Source: the human T2T-CHM13v2.0 reference genome, Homo sapiens. From it: a stretch of DNA of 64,000 bases. This document shows positions 24,849 through 36,545 of the stretch, one piece after another. The stretch's first letter is position 1; the number at the start of each line of letters is the position of its first letter. The position numbers were made by a program, and so were the translations under genes. The notes below the pieces were generated by a model. That model saw only the letters and a program-made list of their open reading frames with translations, was not told where the DNA came from and did no database searches. The stretch lies in assembly GCF_009914755.1 (NCBI RefSeq), contig NC_060929.1. One strand, written 5' to 3'.

Positions 24849-25350
24849 TCACTTGAGGCCAGGAGTTCAAGTCTGGCTTGGGCAATATAGATCTGTCTCT
24901 AAGGGGGAAAAAGATCCCCTCCATTCTTTATTTTACTCAGATTTCAGCGGGGGAAATTTTTTTAAGGAAATTAAAAAAAATAAGCTGTAGAAAAATATTT
25001 GCAGTATAAATGGCATCTGCTCAGTTCTGGGGCATAATACAAAAAAATTTTTAAAATGCTATAAGGTGCTAGGATAAATCTATTGAAATACATGCAAGAC
25101 TGAAAAAAAAAAACTAACCATAAAGACTTAAAAGATGACAAATATAAGTATAGATATACATGTGCATTTCCCTCCCTACTGAGAGAAGTAAGCAAGCATA
25201 TATGTATGTGTATGTTTTCTAACCCAGTAATGAATAATTGTCTGGGCTGAGTGCAGTGGCTCACTCCTATAATCCCAGCACTTTGGGAGGCCAAGGCAGG
25301 TGGATCACTTGAAGTCAGGAGTTGAAGACCAGCCTGGCCAATAATGATCA

Positions 25351-25713
<363 letters not shown>

Positions 25714-26175
25714 TTAGGTTGTCCTTATTTGTATTGATTTATAGAGCTCTATTTTCCTTTCCTTTCCTTTTCCTTTTTCTTTCTCTTTCCCTTTCCCTTT
25801 CCTTTTCTTTTTTTGATGGAGTCTTACTCTGTCTCGTCCAGGCTCTGGAGTACAGTTGTGTCATCTCGGCTCACTGCAACTGCAACCTGCCTCCCAGGTT
25901 CAGGCAATTCTCCTGTCTCAGCCTCCCGAGTAGCTGGAACTACAGGCGTGTGCCACCACACATGGCTAATTTTGTATTTTTTGTAGAGATGGGGTTTCAC
26001 TGTGTTGGCCGGACTGGTCTGGTCTCGAACTCCTGACCTCAGGTGATCTGCCCACCTCAGTACCCCAAAGTGCTGGGATTACAGGCGTGAGCCACCATGC
26101 CTGGCCTTTTTCAAACATTTATTGATCATTTTCATGCATTTTCTTTTTAGATTACTGAGACGACTTGTTAAAATT

Positions 26176-26246
26176 TTCCCTTCCCTTCCCATCCCGTTGC
26201 ATCGCATCGCGTCCCGTCCCGTCCCGTCCCGTCCCGTCCCGTCCCT
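26176..26246. repeat. Compound pentanucleotide repeat TTCCC/ATCGC/(GTCCC)7
   Basis: Read directly; occupies the tail position of an antisense Alu. Confidence 0.9.
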
Positions 26247-26930
26247 TCTCACATGCAATGGCGTGATCTCGGTTCACTGCAACCTCCCCGCCTCCCAGGT
26301 TCAAGCGATTCTCTTGCCTCAGCCTCCCGAGTAGCTGGGATTACAGGCATGTGCCACCACACCTGGCTCATTTTTTTGTGTTTTTAGTAGAGACGGGGTT
26401 TCTCCATGTTGGTCAGCTGGTCTCGAACTCCCAATCTCAGGTGATCCGCTTGCCTCGGCCTCCGAAAGTGCTGGGATTACAGGTGTAAGCCACCGCGCCC
26501 GGCCTAAAATTAAATTCTTTAAAAAAACTGTTGGAAGTTTTGATTGTGGTTTTATCAGATTAGTAGATTAATATTTGGGGCTAGTGACTTTTATACATTG
26601 TTAGAACTTTTCTGTATTTCTAATTTTTTGGAATACTTATTGTACATTCTTTTATTTTGATACCTTTTTAAAAACACTTGGTTTGGGGAAGAGGAATATG
26701 GAAATAAATTTAAGGGACTTAGAACTGAAGATTCATTTGACAATTTTTCTCTGATGTAGAAGGAAACTGAGCTGTAGTGAAAATTTATATCAAGTAGTGT
26801 ATGATAAAGACTTAACATTTTGTTGAGAAACATCGTATTTTAACTTGTTTTCCATACAGTGGCATTTTACCTTTATATTTTTTGGAAAAAAAGATGTCGA
26901 ACTCTAAGCACATGTGCTTGTTTCCATTAG

Positions 26931-26951
26931 ATAGAAGAAAATGGACCATCG
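26931..26951 (+). CDS. GPBP1: Candidate 21-nt microexon (IEENGPS)
   Basis: ctaag..tgcttgtttccattag|ATAGAAGAAAATGGACCATCG|gtgaat. Phase 0/0 and open, but the donor is weaker. Confidence 0.3.
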
Positions 26952-27118
26952 GTGAATCCATTATACAGTTACCCAGTTATCAAATACCTTGAAAATAACT
27001 GCAATATGTTTTTCTTAATCATTTAAAATTTTTGGAAATAAGTGAAGTTGGAGTATTACTAGTTTTTAAAGTTATATTTAGGTTTCATAAATACCTGTAT
27101 TTTTATAATTTGTTTCAG

Positions 27119-27242
27119 TCGTCATTGAATTTTGAGAAGCATTCTGAAAACTTTGCATGGACAGAGAATCGTTATGATGTGAACCGTCGACGACACAACT
27201 CTTCAGATGGCTTTGATTCTGCTATTGGACGTCCTAATGGAG
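27119..27242 (+). CDS. GPBP1: GPBP1 coding exon 2 (SSLNFEKH...GRPNG)
   Basis: tgtttcag| ... GGAG|gtaaaa, 124 nt. Confidence 0.96.
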
Positions 27243-27369
27243 GTAAAATTTGCTAAGGAATGATGTTATGGCTAATTTTCTTTATGATTTTTAAAGAATG
27301 TTTTGATGTGATTCAATCTTTAAGCTTCTCTTCTTTGAATTTATATTACTTTGCTATTATCAAATAAAG

Positions 27370-27593
27370 GTAACTTTGGAAGGAAAGAAAAAAATGGATG
27401 GCGTACACATGGAAGAAATGGTACAGAAAACATAAATCATCGAGGTGGATACCATGGTGGAAGTTCCCGTTCTCGTAGCAGTATTTTCCATGCAGGAAAA
27501 AGCCAAGGACTACATGAAAACAACATACCTGACAATGAAACCGGGAGGAAAGAAGACAAGAGAGAACGCAAACAGTTTGAAGCTGAGGATTTT
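27370..27593 (+). CDS. GPBP1: GPBP1 coding exon 3 (GNFGRKEK...EAEDF)
   Basis: aataaag|GTAAC ... TTT|gtaagt, 224 nt, phase 1 to 0. Confidence 0.96.
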
Positions 27594-28538
27594 GTAAGTT
27601 TTTTATGACTTTTATACAAATGAAGTTTCTGTAAGTGCTATTTTAAGTGATTCTCCTGCCTCAGCCTCCCCAGTATCTGGGATTACAGGCACCCACCACC
27701 AGGCCCGCCTAATTTTTATATTTTTGTAGAGATAGGGTTTCACCAGGTTGGCCAGGCTGGTCTTGAACTCTTGACCTCAGGTGATCCACCTGCCTCAGCC
27801 TCCCAAAGTGCTGGGATTACAGCCACTGTGCCACTGCGCACTGAGCCACTGTACACTGAGCTACTGCACCCGGCCAAAATACTGTATTTCTTAAATTACA
27901 GAAAAATTGACTCAGTGTACAGTCATATTTATCTAGTTCTTGCGATTCATTCTTGATAATTTAAAAGCTAGATAGAATTTGCACTCTTTTTATATATTCA
28001 TTGTCAATTCTTATTCAGTATATATGAGTGACTCTGAGTCAGCTGGTGTTCTTGGCACACGCAATACATACTGGATTGAGATAGGCAAAGCCCTTACTCT
28101 TACCAAGTTTCTGTTCTCTAAGCAAGTAATATTTTGTAGTGAATTTAGACAGGAAGTGACATTTAATTTGGAACATACTTGATAAGCAGCGAGCTTTTGT
28201 TAAGACTGAAAGGAAGAGAGAGAGAGCTCATGCCAAGATGCGATCATCCTTGGTTTATCTTATTTTTTTCATGTTTGTATGTGTGTATCAGGGTGGGGGG
28301 TGGTGGTGGAATTGAGACAGGGTCTCACTCTTTTGCCTAGGCTGGAGTTCATAGCTCACTGCATCTTCAAACTTCTGGGCTCAGGCAGTCCTCTCTTGTC
28401 TCAGCCTCTTGAGTAGCTCCTCTAGGACTACAGATGCACACCACTACACCTAGCTCACTATGTTGGCCTAGTTGGTCTTGAACTTCTGGCCTCAAGCAAT
28501 CCTCCGACCTCGGCCTCCCAAAGGGCTGGGATTATAGG

Positions 28539-29140
28539 TGTAAAAAGTAAAGTAGAGGTTCTTCAAAGAGACTTTCTTCCTAGTCTAATTAAGAATAATT
28601 AGTAACTCTTCTTAGAAGCAGTATTTATTCAAACACTTATGCTAACATTCTTAATTATCTGCTAGCTGTAATAAAGAAATCAACGTACTTTATGTTCTTA
28701 GCTCCTACAATTAAGCCTAAATATTTGCCTTGGCATGCTTATACCAATCCAAGCAGGCATTAAGTCATAGACTGTTCTTCCTTATTTGGAGGTGTTTTTA
28801 CCTTTATCAGCATTCCACAAGTTACTTCCTCCTTCCTTTGTTCTCTGCCTTTGCCTCTTTTAAAAAGTTTAAAAACTTTTTGAAAAGTTCTAAGGTGCTA
28901 GCCAATCAGGACAAATACAGAATGTGAAGTCCTGTTCCAGCCAATAGAAACTGGACACAGCAGTAAAGTAGATGCGTCAAGTTATAAATGACCCTGTCTC
29001 CTTTGTTCGGTGTACTCTCATGGCAAAACTGGTGGCGAGTGTGTCCTTTCTGCAGAAAGTAAAAATGGCCTTGCCGAGGAAGTTAAATTTATGTTCAAGT
29101 GCTATTTATTTACGGCACCAAAGAACAAGCATTTCTAACA
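28539..29140 (+). mobile_element. ERV1 solo LTR, LTR10 family (LTR10C-like)
   Basis: TG...CA, 602 bp, TSD TAGG (28535-38 and 29141-44), CCAAT at 28902 and 28941, TATAAA 28983, AGTAAA 29058. Confidence 0.88.
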
Positions 29141-29673
29141 TAGGCATGAGTCATCATACCCAGCCAACCTTGTTATGTTTAAGGGATAAAAGGCTAGTAT
29201 GAGTAAAGAGTAGTTTAGTATTAGACAAGGTTAGAGAGAGAGGAAAGGATTTAAATTGAATGGAATTTTTGCAGGTCATCAAAGTACAGAATTTTGGTTT
29301 AATTACAAGGTGAATGAGAAGCTGGTTTAGAGAGGAGTCACGTGATGCATTGTTAGTTTTTACAGTTCTTAGGTCTTGAATGGATTATAGCAAAAGAGAA
29401 TACTTCAGGAGAAAATGATGGCTTGAACTGGGTAGTTGAGATAAATGAAAATAAATAGTTTTTGGATATGATTTGGAAGTATTTTGGATGGAAGGTTTCA
29501 GTAAGAGGAAAAATTTGATAGATTGGGTTTAGGGCGAGGAGTGGTGAGGGAAATAGAAAAATAAAAGATTACTCTTAGGTCCTGTTATCAAGTAACTTTG
29601 TAATTACTCTGTATTCTCATGTTAGTGATCTGTTTTTTCCACTTAATAATCATAACATTAAAATTTTACAGTA

Positions 29674-30083
29674 TAGTTGACCCTTGAATAACACAGAGGT
29701 TAGTGGTACTGATCCCCCCTTGAAGTCCAATTTGCTTATAACTTTTGGCTCCCCCAAAAACTTAACTACTAGTAGCCTACTGCTGACCAAACTCTTGATT
29801 ATAATATAAACAGTTAACACATATTTTGTATGTGTATTGTATACTGTATTCTTACAGGTAAGCTAGAGAAAAACTGTTACTAAAGTCTTAAGAGGAAATA
29901 TATTTACTATTGATTAAGTGGAAGTGGGTCATCATAAAGGTCTTTGATTCTTGTCTTGATGTTGAGTTGACTGAAGAGGAAGAGAAGGGGTTGGTCTTGC
30001 TGTCTCAGGTGGCACAGATGGAAGAAAATCTAGATGTAAGTGGATTTGCATAGTTCAAACTTGTGTTGTTCAAGGTTCAACTG
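29674..30083. mobile_element. Tigger2a/MER28-like DNA transposon, next to a MIR 3' end (30100-30210)
   Basis: TIRs agttgacccttgaataacac / gtgttgttcaaggttcaactg with TA flanks. Confidence 0.85.
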
Positions 30084-30875
30084 TATAAACAAACTCTGGG
30101 AATGGTAATAGTACTCTCATAGTGTTGTGAGGGTTAAATTAGTAATACAATTAAATTACTTAAAACTGTGTGTGACACATAGTAAGCACTCAATAAAAAC
30201 TAATTGCTGTTGTTATTTTCATATCCCACCCCCATTCTCAAGATGTGGTTGTCATTGGCTATTATAATCCTAGACTTGGCAGAGTATAATTTCTAATAGT
30301 ATACTTTAAAGATGCTATGCACATGTAACCACCGCCAAAATCTTAATTCTGTTTAGTTTGTATCTCTGAAGGAATCATGGTGGTATGCATGTATATTTGC
30401 TTTACAATAATCTCAGTACAATGTTAGTAATCATTTTTTAGGTGATTAAAATGTTTATATTAAAATTGATTTTATTTAATATATATTAAGTACCTTCTTT
30501 AAAAGAGGCAGTTTGTGTGCTAGGAAAAATACCTGATAGAATACTGGAAATTTAGGATTTTGGAGGATAAACGCATCTACCAAGATTAGCTTTAGAGCAC
30601 TCATTCAATGCTCATCTCACTTTTGTTTTTAATAATCCTGAATATCACTTGTTGAAATACAGATTTGGACTTGGCTTTGGCTTTGATAGTGCGTGTGTTA
30701 ACTAGTGATGACAACTTTAAGAATTGGGGCTGGGTTCAGTGGCTCATGCCTGTTTTCCCAGCACCTTGGGAGGCTGAAGTGGGAGGTTCAAGTGAAGCCA
30801 CGAATTTGAGACCAGCCTGGGCAACATAGCAAGACCCATTATCTACAAAGTTTTTATTAAAAAATTAAAATTATT

Positions 30876-31281
30876 GGGGCCAGTCTAATCACTTGAGCCC
30901 TTAAAAGCAGAGAAGTTTCTCCAGCTAAAGTCAGATGTGCAGCAGAAAAGGAAATCCAAGAGCTTTCACGTGTGAGATGGATTTGATGTGCAATCACTGG
31001 CTCTGAGATACAGTTGCCCAGATACAAAGCTAAAAAGAGAATTCTCAAAGCTAATAGAAATTCCCAGGTGACAGCCAGCAAGGAAATGGAGACCTCAGTC
31101 CTACAGCTACAAGAAACTGGATTGTGCCCACAATTTGAGTGAATCTTCCTATAACCCATGCTGTCAACACAGATTATAGCTTGGTGAAACCTGAAGCAGA
31201 GAAACCAGTCAAGCCAACCCAGACTTCTGATCTACAGAGCTATGAGATAATAAACATGTGTTGCTATAATGAAAAAAAAAA
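30876..31281 (+). mobile_element. Polyadenylated MLT1(D/E)-derived fragment with an L1-type TSD
   Basis: gacagccagcaaggaaatggagacctcagtcctacag MLT1 core, AATAAA 31249, A-tail, 17-bp flanking direct repeat. Confidence 0.8.
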
Positions 31282-31922
31282 TTAAAATTATTATTAGTCC
31301 AGGTGTGGTGGCTCACTCCTGTAATCCCAGCACTTTGGGAGGCAGAGGCAGGTGGATCACTTGAGGCCAGGAGTTGGAGATCAGCCTGGCCAACATGGTG
31401 AAACTCCGTCTGTACTAAAAATACAAAAATTAGCTGGGCATGGTGCTGCTCACCTGTAATCCCAGCTACTTGGGAGGCTGAGACAGGAGAATCACCTGAA
31501 CCCTGGAGGCGGAGGTTCCAGTGAGCTGAGATCGTACCACTTCACTCCACCTGGGTGATAGAGCAAGACTGCATTTCAAAAAAAAAAAATCTGATTTTCC
31601 TCTTCTCTGATCTTGACCTTATGCTAAGGAGGGATTATTTCTTAGACTGATGCAAAGACCTCCATTCTCTTGAGTTTTTCTTTTCTTTTTTTTTTTTGTT
31701 TTAAATGAAAGCAAGTTTATTAAGAAAGTAAAGGAATAAGAGAATGGCTACTCCATAGGCAGAGTAGCCTGTTTTTTAACCCTGACTTTTTTCTTAGTTA
31801 TGGATAAGGAAACTTAAACACACTCTTGTTTTCTCTGACCAGCAATTAGTATAGATAGTAACTAGTTTAATGGTTAGCAAAGTAAGCTGAGAGTAAGGTT
31901 TATGAGTAATTCATGTTTAATA

Positions 31923-32125
31923 CAGGCTGAATGTCCTTTATCTGAAATGCTTGGGACCAGAAGTGTTTTGGATTTTGGATTTTTTTCAGATTTTACGTTT
32001 ATTATTTCAGCATCCTGTTTCTGAAAATCCAAAATCCAAGTGCTTCAATGAGTAGGCAGAGCGTGACACTGGCACTCAAAAAGTTTCAGATTTTGTAGCT
32101 TTTCAGATTAGGGTTATTCAACCTG
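31923..32125. mobile_element. Tigger4/MER46-like DNA transposon
   Basis: ta|caggctgaatgtcc...tattcaacctg|ta TIRs; tctgaaatgcttgggaccagaagtgtttt. Confidence 0.85.
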
Positions 32126-32237
32126 TAGCTAAGAGTTGGTCATATTTGATTCATCAGTTACAACATGTATGATTCTGAGATTGGTTTTAAATGATTTATT
32201 TTTAAAATGTGAAATGTTTATTCCAACTTTCTTCCAG

Positions 32238-32304
32238 CCGTCTTTAAATCCTGAGTATGAGAGAGAACCAAATCACAATAAGTCTTTAGCTGCAGGTGTG
32301 TGGG
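32238..32304 (+). CDS. GPBP1: GPBP1 coding exon 4 (PSLNPEY...AGVW)
   Basis: ctttcttccag| ... TGGG|gtaagt, 67 nt. Confidence 0.96.
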
Positions 32305-33384
32305 GTAAGTAATTTTTTATCTATATTTGAGGGGCACAAAATGTTGATATTTATAGGTTTCACTTTTTGTGTTTTTTAAAATAGAGAGCAGGCTAGAATA
32401 AAACTTTCTTTTTAAAGTATTTGTATTTGATGTGCTTAGCTACAAAAAAGGTAACATTCGTCTTTAAAAAGGAGGATTGGAATAGAAGAGTTTGAAGTAG
32501 TTGATTTGCACATGTTAGTATCATTAAACATACTCAACTTGAATATGACTTAAATGATAATAAGTTAGTGTAATGAATTGATACCATTTTGAGAGCAGCT
32601 GGATAATGTAAAGAAACAAACTGAGTTTAAATTAATTTTTAGTTGTTCAAAGTTGAAAACTTTAACTGAAAATACTTCTGATCATAGTGTGACATGAAGT
32701 TAATATTTTTACCTATGAAAGTGGTTACGTATATATATATACACATATATGTATAGACTGTTACAGATAATTGTATAAATTTGCTTGTGGAGCTAGTCTA
32801 TATTTGAAGTTATTTGTCTCTGATTTCTGATTTTCAAAGCTTAATGAGAGTTCTTCTAGAAATAACCCAGCCCCCATTTTTTTTTAAAAGACTGCTGACA
32901 GTTCAATTTGTTAGCATTTTACAGAAGATTAAACTGAACTCATATAGTACAATTTAGACAGCTTTTTTAAAGATTCAAGTGAAGTTTAAAATAATGGAAA
33001 ATTTTATACTAAGATTTGACATCTGAAAAATAAAATTAATCATTTGATACTAAATTCAGAGGTGCTCAATCCATGTTGGAACTTAAACACATGTTCATTT
33101 GTATTTTTCTATTGAAAATCAACTCACTAAAACAAAAGGATTGTGGCTTTTGACAGCATACTAGTCCTAACAGTAAAGGCATTATTTTAAACTTTGCCAC
33201 TTCCTGTGCTATATTGTATGTATGAGGTGAAACTCGGGAATTATTTTGTTTTCTTTTGATCTTCCTCTTTATTTAAGGGCTTTTTGAGGGTGGGGGTGGG
33301 GGTGGTCAGACACTTTTGTTAGAACCATGTGAATGGCATTGTTTTTTCTGTATTGCAAATTAGTATTTCTACCACTCTCCCCAG

Positions 33385-33444
33385 GCCTACACGCCCAGAC
33401 ACACACATACCCAACCAAAAAAATCTCCCAAGCTCCTCTCTTAG
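33385..33444 (+). CDS. GPBP1: Alternative 60-nt cassette exon (GLHAQTHTYPTKKISQAPLL)
   Basis: ctctccccag| ... TTAG|gtatgt. Phase 1/1 and open; inclusion would give 493 aa. Confidence 0.85.
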   Translation, partial: AYTPRHTHTQPKKSPKLLS

Positions 33445-34669
33445 GTATGTTTCCTTATTATTCAGTTTTTCTGGGAACAACTGATTGCATAAGAATATAG
33501 AACCACCTGGAAGGTGTTAAATAGAATCTCTAAGAAATTAGGAATAATTTGGATTTGATTAGAATGAAAGTTTTAAAAATCAAGAATGCCAGTGAGCGTT
33601 TGTCATATAAAACTATCTATAGATACTATTGGTACTGATCCTGGGTTGATTTAATAATCTTAGAAATGATTTAGAGACAAAGACATATTTGAAAATAATG
33701 AGAGTAAAATGTATTAATATGAAGATTTTGGTTCTACTGTTTCAGGGTTGGTCTAAGGATTTTGAGTACTAGTTGAAAAGATGTTCAAAAGGAAGATGTA
33801 CTCTTTACTGTGTTTAGGTAAACTAAGAAATGTGTCTGCATAAACAAAAAAAGAAAATGGTTAATTGTGGAATGGTTAATTGTTAAATTCCCAGTACTTC
33901 CCATAGGAATACAATGAAACTCTCATTGTATCACACTTTACTATTCCTCTCTCACTTTCCCCCCTGGGTTCCCAAGTATTGTTTTCCCTATTGCAACATT
34001 TAAAATAGCTATGTTCCTGAGGAAGACGAGAATTTTAGGAAAGACTTCAATAGAGCTTTTCTAGTGCTACTTCCTTCCAGGTAAGTAAAAATTTACTAAC
34101 GAAAATATAATATTTATTAAAAAAAAAAAGCAATTTGTCCCTGAAACTATAATTTTGTAGATTGAAAACTGGCAGACTTAAACATGATGCCCCAATTTGA
34201 GAAATACCCTGCGGGGAATGTAGTTAAGTGATTTATAATATAGCTACATAAATTGAATTCTGCTTAGAACCTAGTTGGCTTTACTGGAAACACCCTCATG
34301 CAGCTTATATCTGTGACTTCAATAGTGTTTTTATGTTAACCAGAATCATAGCTATTAGGTACATAAAATTAATGGTTATTAAATAGTCCATCTCCACGCT
34401 GTTAATTTAAAACTAAAACAGGAATTCAAGCTGCCTATGAGAATTTAAAAATAATGTAATTGTTTGATTGATTTCTTTGGTGAGTGAGGAAGAAAGAGTG
34501 ATGTATGTTCAAGTGTTAGTGTGCAGTTGAGTTGAGTTGCATTAATAATTAGTGGCGACCAGGCATGGTGGCTCATGCCTGTAATCCCAGCACTTTGGGA
34601 GGCCAGGGCAGGTGGATCACCTGAGGTCGACACCAGCCTGACCAACATGGAGAAACCCCATCTCTACTA

Positions 34670-34863
<194 letters not shown>

Positions 34864-35718
34864 CTACTGATCATGTGTTTTTAGAAGTCCTATGGAGTAC
34901 TGTTTTTGTGCCAGTGACCATGTCAGCAACATACTATTGGCAGAACTTAACATTTACTTAAGATATTAAAAAATCAGAAATTTCAGTGACTAGTAATTAG
35001 CTTAAGCATGGTCTTCTTCCAACTCAGCATTTATATATTTTTTCAGCTCCTTGGTAGTTTGATGAGCTTTCTTGATTTTAGCTCATATTTGATATACTAC
35101 TTAAGAACATAAAGGTTCATTGCTCAGAGTTCTTTTGGTTTGTTGAGCATTCTGAATCAAAGCAAATTAGTCACCAGTTAATATAAATGGATTGTTTTCT
35201 AGAGAATTCCAATATTTGCCACAAGCATACAGATTGAGTGACATAATTGCATTCAGTGAGGTAAATTATGATGAAAGCCAATGGGGATTGATTTTATTAA
35301 TAGGAACTTTGGTAAACAGAATTAAGGGAAGGGAAAATTCTTCGTTGGATTTTTTTGACAGTATTCTGTTGATGAATTGCTTTGTATGTTGAAATGACTT
35401 TTAATATCTGTCTTATATGAAAACAGTTGTTGAAATTATAGTGTTTTAAGAAAAAAGTAGTACAACGTGTTCATGGTTGAAAAGGGAAAATTAATAGGAT
35501 TTGAGTAGACAGCTTGATACAGCTTGACCCAAGTACATTTTATTTGGTCTGAATTACTTGTTCACCATGGAAATTGTTGATATTTGTGAAATGCATTTCT
35601 TTAAGCATGTTCTTTATATGAATAACGTTGAGAGCCCCCGTTAAAGGGGGAAAGTACCATATCGATTGGTGTTGATATAAATTATAACAGTTAGTGAAAC
35701 TCATTTGACTAAAACTCA

Positions 35719-36128
<410 letters not shown>

Positions 36129-36353
36129 TTAAAACTAGTGTTCACAATAGAAATTTGTTTAAATTGCTGCCTTATAGAGTCTTTGCATTTGGTCTGTGTA
36201 TGTACTATTGTCTTAGTGATAAGTTTTCTCTTCAAATTAATTGGAAAGCTTGCTGGGTGCAGTGGCTCATGCCTGTAATCCCAGCATTTTTGGAGCACAG
36301 GATGGGGGTATCACTTGGGGCCAGGAGCTCTCATAGGGAGACCCTTGTCTCTA

Positions 36354-36545
<192 letters not shown>

